A stretch of 64,000 nt of DNA from Actinomycetes bacterium (GTDB taxonomy: Bacteria > Actinomycetota > Acidimicrobiia > Acidimicrobiales > Microtrichaceae), in NCBI GenBank assembly GCA_024222295.1, contig JAAEPF010000033.1, positions 31,691-95,690 of the forward strand, written 5' to 3'. Every line of letters starts with the position of its first letter. Positions within the stretch are counted from its first letter, which is position 1. Below are positions 18,457 through 29,360 of the stretch, one piece after another. A program made the position numbers and the translations under genes. The notes under the pieces were generated by a model that was not told the DNA's origin, ran no database searches, and saw nothing but the letters and a program-made list of their open reading frames with translations.

Positions 18457-18469
18457 GCCGGCGGTCGCT

Positions 18470-19321
18470 TCAGATTCCCTTGGGCTTCAGGTATCGCTCC
18501 GCCACCGCTCCGAGCCAGTCGAAGGTGAGCGCAAGTACTGCCACCATGCCGGCACCAACGAACAGCACGGGGTTCTGCTGGAGCTTGAGCCCCGAGTTGA
18601 TCGTGATACCCAGGCCGCCACCGCCGATCAGGAAGGCGAGAGTGGCCATGCCGATGTTGATGATCATGGCTGTGCGGACCCCCGCAACGATGACGGGGAC
18701 CGCCAGCGGCACTTCGATGCGCACGAGTGCCCCGCGCTTGGTCATTCCCATTCCGCGACCGGCCTCGATGGTGGGGCGGTCGACGTTGTCGAGGCCGACC
18801 ATGGTGTTTCTGAGCACGGGCAGTGTCGCGAACAACACGAGCGCATAGATGACCGTCGAGGTGCCCTGGCCGAAGATGATGAGGAAGATCACGAGAAGGC
18901 CGTAGGCAGGCAGAGCCTGGCCGGAATTGGCAACGGTCAGCACCGCGGGCGCATACCGCCTGAACGACGGCCTGGTGAGCAGAATGCCGAGGGGCACGGC
19001 GATCAGGATCACCAGCACTGTCGACCAGAAGGCGATGAGGATGTGCTCCACCAGCTGGGGTCGGAGCTTCGTGCTCCAGTCCAACGCGCTGGAGAGCTGG
19101 ATCTTCACCTCGGGATCGTTGACGATTCCCTGTTGGTAGAGGACGAGCCCCACGCCGAGGACGGCGATGCCGATGGGGGCGATCCAGAGGCCAAGTGCGC
19201 GGGCGCGAGTGGTCGTGTACCCGGCTGCCGTTACAGCAAGGTCGGACTCGTCATCGTCGGATTCCCTCGGATGGTCGAGGCGCTCTACATGGTCGGGATC
19301 CCGGACGATTCGCTCTGTCAT
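18470..19321 (-). CDS. OpuC-type ABC transporter permease
   Basis: BPD-transporter core (ALPAYGLLVIFL..., EAGRGMGMTKRGALVRIEVPLA). ATG 19321 overlaps the ATPase stop (ATGA). Confidence 0.8.
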   Translation of the reverse strand: MTERIVRDPDHVERLDHPRESDDDESDLAVTAAGYTTTRARALGLWIAPIGIAVLGVGLVLYQQGIVNDPEVKIQLSSALDWSTKLRPQLVEHILIAFWSTVLVILIAVPLGILLTRPSFRRYAPAVLTVANSGQALPAYGLLVIFLIIFGQGTSTVIYALVLFATLPVLRNTMVGLDNVDRPTIEAGRGMGMTKRGALVRIEVPLAVPVIVAGVRTAMIINIGMATLAFLIGGGGLGITINSGLKLQQNPVLFVGAGMVAVLALTFDWLGAVAERYLKPKGI

Positions 19322-20478
19322 CGTTCGGCCCCCAGTCGCTCGTAGTGCTCTTGGGCCTCGGATCGCAGGTGCTGGATGACGTCGGTGAGCTGCTTGATCT
19401 CCACAACTCCCAGGTACCGGCGCTGCTTGTCCACCACGACGCACGTGCCGGTGGATGACTGGAGCATCTCCTCCAGCGTGTCGTGCAGCGTTGCGTTGGG
19501 CTCGACGAAGGCCCGAACAGTCTGACCCATCTCCGCAACTTTGTGGTCTGACCGGTTGAGATCGGAATCCCGAAGCCATCGGGTCGGCTCGTCCTGCTCG
19601 TTGATGAGGAGAATCCACTCCCGCCCCGACTCGGCCAGGGTTCGCTTGGCCGCGTCCAATGGATCGCCCACCTTCATCGTCGGGTAGTCAGCGAAGTCGA
19701 GATCGCTCACTCGCTCGAAGTTGAGGCCCTTCAGCGTGGAACCCGAACCGATGAAGTCGTCGACGAAGTCGTCCACCGGATATGCGAGGATTCGCTCCGG
19801 GGTATCACACTGACGGATGACGCTGCGATCACCGAGGATTGCGATCCTGTCGCCCATCTTGATTGCCTCGTCTATGTCGTGCGTCACGAACACGATCGTC
19901 TTGCGAAGTTCGCTCTGGAGGCGGAGGAACTCGTTCTGGAGACGGTCGCGTGTGATCGGGTCGATGGCCCCGAACGGCTCGTCCATCAACATCACCGCCG
20001 GGTCGGCACCGAGGGCGCGCGCCACGCCCACCCTCTGGGCCTGACCTCCCGAGAGCTCTTTGGGGTAGCGGTCGCGGAACTCTGCAGGGTCGAGTCCGAC
20101 CATATCGAGCAGAACATCGACCCGGTCGCCTATCTCCGACTTCTCCCACCCGAGCATCTTGGGCACGGTTGCCACGTTCTGGGCGATCGTCTGGTGGGGG
20201 AAGAGGCCGATCTGCTGGATGACGTAGCCGATTCGGCGCCGCAACAGGTCGGGGTTCACGTCCGTGACATCCTCGCCGTCGAAGATTATCCGGCCCCCGG
20301 TGGGTTCGATCATCCGATTGATCAGGCGCAGAGTGGTGCTCTTTCCGCAACCCGAGGGCCCGACCAACACAAGAATCTCACCTCGCTGAATGTCGAGGGA
20401 CAGCTTCTCCACGGCGGGTGTTTCCGTGCCCGCGTAGGTCTTGCTCACCTGATCGAGGTGGATCATGGATTCGGTCAT
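19318..20478 (-). CDS. Osmoprotectant-type ABC transporter ATP-binding protein with tandem CBS domains
   Basis: Walker A GPSGCGKST, signature LSGGQAQRV, Walker B VMLMDEP. The C-terminal about 120 aa is CBS-like. Confidence 0.88.
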   Translation of the reverse strand: MTESMIHLDQVSKTYAGTETPAVEKLSLDIQRGEILVLVGPSGCGKSTTLRLINRMIEPTGGRIIFDGEDVTDVNPDLLRRRIGYVIQQIGLFPHQTIAQNVATVPKMLGWEKSEIGDRVDVLLDMVGLDPAEFRDRYPKELSGGQAQRVGVARALGADPAVMLMDEPFGAIDPITRDRLQNEFLRLQSELRKTIVFVTHDIDEAIKMGDRIAILGDRSVIRQCDTPERILAYPVDDFVDDFIGSGSTLKGLNFERVSDLDFADYPTMKVGDPLDAAKRTLAESGREWILLINEQDEPTRWLRDSDLNRSDHKVAEMGQTVRAFVEPNATLHDTLEEMLQSSTGTCVVVDKQRRYLGVVEIKQLTDVIQHLRSEAQEHYERLGAER

Positions 20479-20487
20479 TTGTTGGTC

Positions 20488-21147
20488 CTACAGTCGGAGC
20501 CCGCGGCTCGTGGTCAGGCGTTGGATTGTTGAGAAGACGACGTCGAGCAACAGGCCGAGCAGCACCGTGAATACGGTTCCCACCCACACGGACTCGATGC
20601 TGTTGGGCAGGCCCAATCGGGTGAGACCCTTCTGGATGAAGGTGCCCAGTCCGTCGCCCCCCACCAGTACCGCGATCGCCGCGATTCCGACCACGAGCAG
20701 GCTCGAGACACGAATGCCGGCCATGATCACCGGCCAGGCCAGTGGCATCCGCACCCTCACCAGTTGCTGCCACGAGTTGAGCCCCATTCCCTTTGCCGAC
20801 TCGACGACGGCAGGGTTCACTTCGTCCAGCCCGGTCACGGTGTTGCGGAGAATGGGAAGCAACGCGTAGAGGAACAGGGCGATCATGGCGGGCTTGTTGC
20901 CGATGCCCACCAGCGGAATGAAGAGTGCGAACAACGCGAGGGACGGAATCGTCAGGAAGACCCCGGCGATGCTCAGCGCCGCCGCTCGGGCTGTGGGTCT
21001 CTGGTGCACGAAGATCCCGATGGCGACCGAAAAGACCGTGGCGAACGCAATGACGGTCAGCGTGATCTGGGCGTGCTGGAGCGAAGCCTCGACTATCTCG
21101 TCCCAACGATCGAACACGAACTCGAACCAGCTGCGGATTCCATCCAT
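20488..21147 (-). CDS. OpuC-type ABC transporter permease
   Basis: ESAKGMGLNSWQQLVRVRMPLAWP EAA-loop region. 219 aa, 5-6 TM. Confidence 0.8.
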   Translation of the reverse strand: MDGIRSWFEFVFDRWDEIVEASLQHAQITLTVIAFATVFSVAIGIFVHQRPTARAAALSIAGVFLTIPSLALFALFIPLVGIGNKPAMIALFLYALLPILRNTVTGLDEVNPAVVESAKGMGLNSWQQLVRVRMPLAWPVIMAGIRVSSLLVVGIAAIAVLVGGDGLGTFIQKGLTRLGLPNSIESVWVGTVFTVLLGLLLDVVFSTIQRLTTSRGLRL

Positions 21148-21354
21148 CTAAGGGGTGCCTGCCATCCATGTCTCGGGGGACCGGGCTCACCATAGTTGCA
21201 TCGGGCTCGCCGCCCGGCGTCCGGAGATTGCGCGTTCGCGCGGTGCAGTGCCTTCGCAAAGATGCTCCGAGGTCCTCATGGAGGCGCTCCAGCGGTAGCT
21301 TGGCGTCGGCCGGCCGCCAGAAGGCGGGCGGACCCAGTATCTGGGAGGTCCGGG

Positions 21355-22701
21355 GTGGCACAGACCGGGGGCAGGTGGCGAGGTGGGCCCGCAGGGTCCG
21401 CCGAGGGTTGGGCCGCACGTGGGGTGTGGGTGGGCAGTGGAGTGCTCGGCACCGAGACGGTTCGCAGGCTCTCGGCCTGGGTGCGCGAGCTGGAAGCCGA
21501 TGCTGCGAGCCCGGAGGGGCCTGCGCTTGCACTTCACCACAGGGAGCAGACCGACCATGGACCGGTACTCGCACGCAGCGAGCGGTTCGCTGACTCACAC
21601 GAAGGCCTCGGCGCGTTCGTGCGGGGCGAAGCCGCAAGGATAGTCGGGTCGGTGCTGGGCGAGCCCGTAGTGCTGTTCAAGGAGAAGGTGAACTACAAAC
21701 AGCCTGGAGGGGCGGGGTTCGCGCCACACCAGGACGCCCGTGCCTACCGGTTCGTGGATCACCACGTTTCGTTGATGGTGCCGCTCGATCCAGCGACACA
21801 GCAGGCCGGCTGCCTTTGGTTCGCCACCGATGCAGAGCGGCGGTTGCTCGATGCCGAGGAGGGTGGCCGACTCACCGCCGAGGTCGAGCGGTCGCTCGCC
21901 TGGGTGCCTGTGGAGGTCGCGCCCGGCGACGTGGTCGTGTTCGACTCACTCGCGCCGCACCGCTCCGGCACCAATGCAAGCGACCATCCCCGCCGGGCCC
22001 TGTACATCACGTATAACAGCGCCGCCGATGGTGACCACCGAGACCGCTACTACGCCGACAAGGACGCCGAGTTCGCTGTCGCTGACGGGACCTTTGGAGG
22101 CCGGCGGGTCCGCATGTCGATCAGTGACGACTACCTCGGCAGGCCCGTAGCCTTCGATTCCCTCGCGTCGCTGTACGACTCGCCACTCGCGCACGAGCTC
22201 TACGACGAGGCGGTCAGCGAACTCGAGCACGGCCTGCAGGCAGCAGCGCTGGCCGAGGCCGGTGGCGCTTCGGACGAGTTGGTGGTGGCGGCACTGCTGC
22301 ACGACGTCGGCCACCTGCTGCTCGGTGACCTCGCGCCGATCGAGGAGTCGCTGGATGCCGATCACCGACACGAAGGGGCAGGTGCACGCTACCTGCGTCA
22401 GTGGTTCGGTCCCGGTGTTGCCGAGCCTGTCGCACTACATGTGGCAGCCAAGCGATACCTCTGCTCTGTGGATCCCGACTACCCGGAGATGCTCTCCCCG
22501 TCGTCGGTTCGCAGCCTCGAGGTGCAGGGTGGGCCGATGTCGCCCGGTCAGGTCGAGGCATTCGAGGCGAGTCCCCGCCACGGCGACGCCGTGAGGCTGC
22601 GCCGCTGGGATGACGAAGCCAAGGTGTCCGGAGCGGCCACGCCGCCGTTCGCGCACTTCGAGCCGATGATCGACAGGCTCGCCGGCCGCCTGGGTCGATG
22701 A
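21355..22701 (+). CDS. Fusion protein: PhyH-type Fe(II)/2OG dioxygenase (N) + PhnZ/MIOX-type HD-domain diiron oxygenase (C)
   Basis: One uninterrupted frame. N half: FAPHQDARAY (HxD) and SLAPHRSGTN (distal His). C half: ordered ligands ELEHGLQ, LLHDVGH, DHRHEG, ALHVAAK, RRWDDEAK. GTG 21355 sits 6 nt after GGGAGG (21343-21348). Codons upstream (gta, aga, agg, tct) look non-coding. Confidence 0.75.
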   Translation: MAQTGGRWRGGPAGSAEGWAARGVWVGSGVLGTETVRRLSAWVRELEADAASPEGPALALHHREQTDHGPVLARSERFADSHEGLGAFVRGEAARIVGSVLGEPVVLFKEKVNYKQPGGAGFAPHQDARAYRFVDHHVSLMVPLDPATQQAGCLWFATDAERRLLDAEEGGRLTAEVERSLAWVPVEVAPGDVVVFDSLAPHRSGTNASDHPRRALYITYNSAADGDHRDRYYADKDAEFAVADGTFGGRRVRMSISDDYLGRPVAFDSLASLYDSPLAHELYDEAVSELEHGLQAAALAEAGGASDELVVAALLHDVGHLLLGDLAPIEESLDADHRHEGAGARYLRQWFGPGVAEPVALHVAAKRYLCSVDPDYPEMLSPSSVRSLEVQGGPMSPGQVEAFEASPRHGDAVRLRRWDDEAKVSGAATPPFAHFEPMIDRLAGRLGR

Positions 22702-23783
22702 GCCCTCGTGTGCTCTGGGTCGTCGTCGACTCGCTGGGACTGCACCACCTGACACCGGAAGTGATGCCGCGGCTGTACGCGCTCGGTGCAGAGGGCGGAC
22801 GGGCTGACAACGGGGGAATCGGGGAGCTCCCGGCGCTCACCTATCCCAACCACGCCACATTCGTCACCGGTGCATCGCCGTTGGCACACGGGGTTATGGC
22901 CAACGACGTGTTCAGAGCCGGGGCGTGGGTCGGAGCCGAAGAGGTGGGTCCGGCGGTGCCGACAGTGTTCGAGGCAGCATCTGGCGCCGGTCTTCAGAGC
23001 GTCGCCGTCTTCGGTGACCAGAACCTTGTGGGCGTGTGTGGCGCCCGGTCGGCATGGCGGCATTGGCCGCCTGACGGCGTGCACGACGCCGCCACGCCGA
23101 AAGGCGTCACCGGCTACGCGACCGATGCAGCGGTCGTGCGCGCGGTGCAGGACATCGAACCCCAGGACTCCGCGTTGACCTTCGTGCAGCTAGACGAGAT
23201 GGATGCCGACAGCCATCTGCACGGGCCGCAGAGCGAGAACGCACGGGAGCGAGCCCGCGCTGTCGACCGCTGCCTCGTCGAGATGCTGGCGTTGTACGAG
23301 CCCGTCTGGAGCGACACCCTGGTGGTGGTGCTGAGCGACCACTGCCAGGAGGAGGTCGCAGTCGGTGCAAGCGTGGCGTTCGATGTCGCGATGGCCGGCC
23401 TGCTCGGTACGGATCCGCCGCTGAATCCGCTCCAGGGCGATGCGCGCGGTCGGTGGCGCACCGACGGGACTGCGGGGTGGGTGGCGTCGGATGCAGGCCT
23501 TTCAGCGGCCGATGTCGAGGCGATCGAAGGTATCGCTCACGTCCGCGGGCTCGAGGACGGGTCCCTGGCTGCGTGGGGTGCCGAGGGGTCGCTGCTCGGG
23601 TTCGACTGGGGCCAACGCGGCGACCATGGCAGCGGTCGCACCGCTGCGCAGGTTGCTGTCGTGGGCGGCGGGCACCCACTCGCAGCAAGGCTGGGCAGGT
23701 GGATCGGGACCACGGCCCCCCGTGGTCGTGACTGGTGCGGGTGGGTTCTGGCCGCCCTCGGGTTGACTGAAGGCCATGACTGA
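22698..23783 (+). CDS. Alkaline-phosphatase-superfamily NPP/phosphodiesterase-family protein
   Basis: VVVDSLG, PALTYPNHATFVTGASPLAHGV (Thr nucleophile context), QLDEMDADSHLHGP and VVVLSDHC. ATG overlaps the upstream stop (ATGA). Confidence 0.75.
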   Translation: MSPRVLWVVVDSLGLHHLTPEVMPRLYALGAEGGRADNGGIGELPALTYPNHATFVTGASPLAHGVMANDVFRAGAWVGAEEVGPAVPTVFEAASGAGLQSVAVFGDQNLVGVCGARSAWRHWPPDGVHDAATPKGVTGYATDAAVVRAVQDIEPQDSALTFVQLDEMDADSHLHGPQSENARERARAVDRCLVEMLALYEPVWSDTLVVVLSDHCQEEVAVGASVAFDVAMAGLLGTDPPLNPLQGDARGRWRTDGTAGWVASDAGLSAADVEAIEGIAHVRGLEDGSLAAWGAEGSLLGFDWGQRGDHGSGRTAAQVAVVGGGHPLAARLGRWIGTTAPRGRDWCGWVLAALGLTEGHD

Positions 23784-24735
23784 CAACAGCGCGGACCTGC
23801 CATCACCAGCGAAACCGGCCGACATCTCCCGCTTCACCTCCAACACGCTCTTCGGCCAGCCGGGCATCTACCCGCACGGGCCCGCCATGGAGCCGGCGCA
23901 CGGCGACCCGATCGACGACAAGGAGGCCCGCCGGCTCGTGGAACAGGTCGGAGCGACTGCGGCGATCGAGGCCTATGACTCGGCGGAGCTGGGATCGGTA
24001 ACGGAGGTGCCACAACTACGCGCAGCTGCGGCGATGCTGGCCGGTGGGCCGGCCGACCCGATTCTCGCCGGCCTGCTGGAGGGTGGGTCGCACATCAGCC
24101 ACCTCGGGGTGGCGGAGTTGTCCTCTCCGGGCCGCGTGATCGGAGATGCAGCGCAGGGTCCGCGCCCGGGGTCGCGGTACCTCAACGCGCGCTACGCGGC
24201 GGAGCACCCTGCCGTGGTAGCCCCGTCGCTCGCACATGCGATCTGCCACCACGATGGCGAGGCGGCGGGGCAGAGGGCCTCGAATGCCGAGGAGGTGACC
24301 CTGCACGGGATCCTCGCGTCCGTGCATGCCTCGCTGCTTGCATCGAACCCAGCGCTGGCCGACCTGGGAACGGAGCTGTCGCGCCGCCAGGCGTCGCTGA
24401 CGATCACTCTGCTCAACGCCCGATCCCCGGGATCGGACCGGCCGAGCATCGTGTGCCCCGACGGGCCGGGCACCATTCCGGGCGGCAACCCGGACCTCCA
24501 GTGCCCGGACCTGTGGAGCATCCCGTTCACTTCGGCCGATCCAGCCGACTGTGCCACCGAGATCCCGGGTCCCGTGCGTGCAGCCCTGTCGATGCTCGCC
24601 CCGGCCGGTTGCGACGGACCTCCCGCAAGCTACGGCGAGGACCTGGGCCGGTGGCTCGAGGCAAGCGTGTGTGAAGGTCCGGGCCTCGACGCAGCCGCGG
24701 TTCGCGCATCAGGCACAGCGCTCGGCCTGTGGTAG
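23776..24735 (+). CDS. Hypothetical protein (no family recognised)
   Basis: 319-aa ORF with high-GC3 codon usage. ATG 23776 overlaps the upstream gene by 8 nt, suggesting co-translation with the NPP gene. Confidence 0.6.
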   Translation: MTDNSADLPSPAKPADISRFTSNTLFGQPGIYPHGPAMEPAHGDPIDDKEARRLVEQVGATAAIEAYDSAELGSVTEVPQLRAAAAMLAGGPADPILAGLLEGGSHISHLGVAELSSPGRVIGDAAQGPRPGSRYLNARYAAEHPAVVAPSLAHAICHHDGEAAGQRASNAEEVTLHGILASVHASLLASNPALADLGTELSRRQASLTITLLNARSPGSDRPSIVCPDGPGTIPGGNPDLQCPDLWSIPFTSADPADCATEIPGPVRAALSMLAPAGCDGPPASYGEDLGRWLEASVCEGPGLDAAAVRASGTALGLW

Positions 24736-24775
24736 GGGCCCCGGAATCCGTTGTTCGCGCCGGTACGCTGGAAGA

Positions 24776-26161
24776 ATGCCTGAACTCCCCGCTGAATCTC
24801 CCCTCCGCAACGACCCGCCGGCCAACCACTACTTCGCGGATGGGCTGCCGCGCGACGGATTCCCCCAGCATGGAATGCGTGCGCGCGACGCGTTCGAGTT
24901 GATCCATCTGGGCCTGCGCGTCGATGGCCAGCCGTCGATGAACCTCGCGAGCTTCGTCACCACATGGATGGAGCCGGAGGCTCGGGTGCTGATCGACGAG
25001 GCCATCAGTACCAACCACATCGACCACGAGGAGTACCCGATCGTGGAGATGGTCGAGCGTGAGTGCGTGAAGATGCTCGCGGACCTGTGGAACGCCCCTG
25101 ATGTCGACGACTCCGTGGGCGTCGCCACCATCGGCTCCTCCGAGGCGATCATGCTGGGGCTGCTCGCGCACAAGTTCTCATGGCGCAAGCGTCGAGAGGA
25201 TGCGGGCCTCCCGGCCGACAAGCCCAACGTTGTGTTCGGCGCAGAGACTCACATCGTGTGGGACAAGTTCGCCCGTTACTTCGACGTCGAGATGCGCAAG
25301 ATCCCGATGCGGCCCGACCGCTTCGTGGTGCATCCCGACGATGTCGAGGCACAGATCGACGAGAACACGATCGCGGTGGGAGCGGTCCTCGGGACCACCT
25401 TCATCGGCGAGGCCGACCCGATCGAGGAGCTGAACGATCTGCTCGTCGGCATCAAGCAGGACAAGGGGTGGGACATCCCGATACACGTCGACGGTGCCAG
25501 CGGCGGCTTCATAACCCCATTCTCGAATCCTGACGAGAAGTGGGACTTCCGCCTGGAGCAGGTGGCATCCATCAACGCCTCCGGTCACAAGTACGGGCTC
25601 GTCTACCCGGGGGTCGGCTGGCTGGTGTTCAGGGACCACAGCTACCTGCCCGATGACCTGATCTTCAGCGTCAACTACCTGGGTGGGGCACAGCCGACGT
25701 TCACCTTCAACTTCTCGCGAGGGTCGGCGATGATCCAGGCGCAGTACTACAACTTCGTGCGGCTCGGTCGCGAGGGCTACGCAGCGGTGGTCGAGAACAT
25801 GCTGGCGAATGCCAAGCGCCTCAACGAGGGCCTCGAGGCAACGGGTCGATTCGAGATCCTGAACCCGAAACTGGCCGAGCCGGTCGTGACGTTCCGGCTG
25901 AAGGGCGGCGCCGGCTTCGACGAGTTCCACGTGTCTGACCGACTTCGCATGAACGGCTGGATCGTGCCGGCCTACACGCTTCCGCCCAATGCGGAGAAGA
26001 CAACCGTGATGCGTGTCGTGGTGCGCAACGACATGAGCCGCGACAAGATCGACCTGCTCCTTCAGCACATCAACAACGCGCTGGATTACCTCGACGGCCA
26101 CGAGATGCCCGAGACCGACAACGAGCGGGCCGCCGACGACAAGACCCGGCACCACTGCTGA
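24776..26161 (+). CDS. gadB: Glutamate decarboxylase (PLP-dependent, group II)
   Basis: NLASFVTTWMEPEA and SGHKYGLVYPGVGWLVFRD (PLP-Lys context) are collinear with E. coli GadA/B by recall. ATG 24776 lies 6 nt after TACGCT. Confidence 0.85.
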   Translation: MPELPAESPLRNDPPANHYFADGLPRDGFPQHGMRARDAFELIHLGLRVDGQPSMNLASFVTTWMEPEARVLIDEAISTNHIDHEEYPIVEMVERECVKMLADLWNAPDVDDSVGVATIGSSEAIMLGLLAHKFSWRKRREDAGLPADKPNVVFGAETHIVWDKFARYFDVEMRKIPMRPDRFVVHPDDVEAQIDENTIAVGAVLGTTFIGEADPIEELNDLLVGIKQDKGWDIPIHVDGASGGFITPFSNPDEKWDFRLEQVASINASGHKYGLVYPGVGWLVFRDHSYLPDDLIFSVNYLGGAQPTFTFNFSRGSAMIQAQYYNFVRLGREGYAAVVENMLANAKRLNEGLEATGRFEILNPKLAEPVVTFRLKGGAGFDEFHVSDRLRMNGWIVPAYTLPPNAEKTTVMRVVVRNDMSRDKIDLLLQHINNALDYLDGHEMPETDNERAADDKTRHHC

Positions 26162-26179
26162 GAGGCGGTAGCCGGTCGG

Positions 26180-26482
26180 TCAGCTCGGTTCTTCGTCGAC
26201 CTCGATGTCAAAGGCGGCGACGTCGCCCTCGACGCTGGTGACCTCGACCGAAACGCCGTAGGTCTCGCCTTCGAAGGACAGCTCGCAGCGGGCGGTAGCA
26301 CCGACCTCGGCGTCGAGGTCGTCCGGACAGCTGACCGAGTCGGGGGCGGTGCCGACCTGGCCCTCGAGCGCACTGGAGATCTGTTCCTCGATGCTGGAGG
26401 AAGAGACCTTGGAACCGCAGCCGACCGCGAGAAGGAAGCTGGTCGCCACGAGGCAGAGGATGAGCTTGGGGGTGCGCGTCAT
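26180..26482 (-). CDS. Small lipoprotein (DUF4333-like)
   Basis: MTRTPKLILCLVATSFLLAVGCGS lipobox. Cys pair (SCPDD...ARCE) as in actinobacterial DUF4333 proteins by recall. Confidence 0.6.
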   Translation of the reverse strand: MTRTPKLILCLVATSFLLAVGCGSKVSSSSIEEQISSALEGQVGTAPDSVSCPDDLDAEVGATARCELSFEGETYGVSVEVTSVEGDVAAFDIEVDEEPS

Positions 26483-26710
26483 GACACCGAGGCTAACGGC
26501 CACCCCGTAGGGGGCACGGGATGCTCTGGGGTAGCGAAGGGCGCTGGAACAGCCCGGCTCGGCCCCCTCGAGGATCCCGGTCATGGCGGCACCGAGCAGT
26601 GCGACCGCGGCGACGATGCCTCCGACGAGTTGCTTGTGTATGCACTATCTGTCGGTATCTGCAGCGTCCATGTGAGCCTCGCGGAGCGCGCCCACCGGTA
26701 CCCTCGGGCC

Positions 26711-27124
26711 ATGCGCATCGGCGAGCTCGCGGAGCTGGCGGCCGTGCCGGCCGGCACGATCCGCTACTACGAGTCCATCGAGCTGCTCGACGAACCCGGT
26801 CGTACCGCTTCTGGCTACCGCGACTACTCCGACGCAGACCTCGAGAGGCTGCGATTCATCCGCGAAGCGAAGGCGAGCGGTCTGACGCTTGTCGAAGTCG
26901 CGTCGGTGCTCGAGCTGAAGGACTCAGGGGAGGGAAGCTGTGAGCACACCCGCGCGCTGCTCGCCCGCCACATCGACGACATCGACCAGCAGCTGGAGGC
27001 GCTGACCCGGGCCCGCGCACAGCTGGTGTCGCTGTCGCAACGGGCGGACTCGCTGGATCCCGCACTCTGCACAGACCCGCATCGATGCCAGGTGATTTCG
27101 ACCGCAGGGGATGAGATCACTTGA
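26711..27124 (+). CDS. MerR-family heavy-metal (CueR-like, Cu(I)) responsive regulator
   Basis: [29 protein letters not shown], a dimerisation helix, and C-terminal Cys residues (CEHTR..., CTDPHRC). Immediately upstream of copA. Confidence 0.8.
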   Translation: MRIGELAELAAVPAGTIRYYESIELLDEPGRTASGYRDYSDADLERLRFIREAKASGLTLVEVASVLELKDSGEGSCEHTRALLARHIDDIDQQLEALTRARAQLVSLSQRADSLDPALCTDPHRCQVISTAGDEIT

Positions 27125-27152
27125 CCTTCGAGTCGACTGGAAGGTTTACCAT
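27121..27152 (+). promoter_or_regulatory. MerR/CueR-type promoter-operator of copA
   Basis: -35 TTGACC (27121-27126), 20-bp spacer, -10 TACCAT (27147-27152). The spacer holds the dyad ACCTTCgAGTCGACTgGAAGGT (27124-27145, 20/22 palindromic), close to E. coli PcopA as I recall it. Confidence 0.65.
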
Positions 27153-27158
27153 CGAGTC

Positions 27159-29356
<2,198 letters not shown>

Positions 29357-29360
<4 letters not shown>

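Noticed and set aside
21148-21169. Seven-codon uORF (MDGRHPL-stop) on the minus strand. Its TAG abuts the ATG of the permease gene, and it begins with the same MDG as the permease.
   Set aside because: It has no SD, is very short, and has no conservation evidence. The repeated ATGGATGG could be chance.
24776-26161. Idea that the GAD-family decarboxylase feeds the putative phosphonate module, for example by converting phosphonoalanine to 2-AEP.
   Set aside because: The protein carries canonical glutamate decarboxylase blocks and seems to have its own leaderless promoter. Nothing in the sequence supports a phosphonate role.
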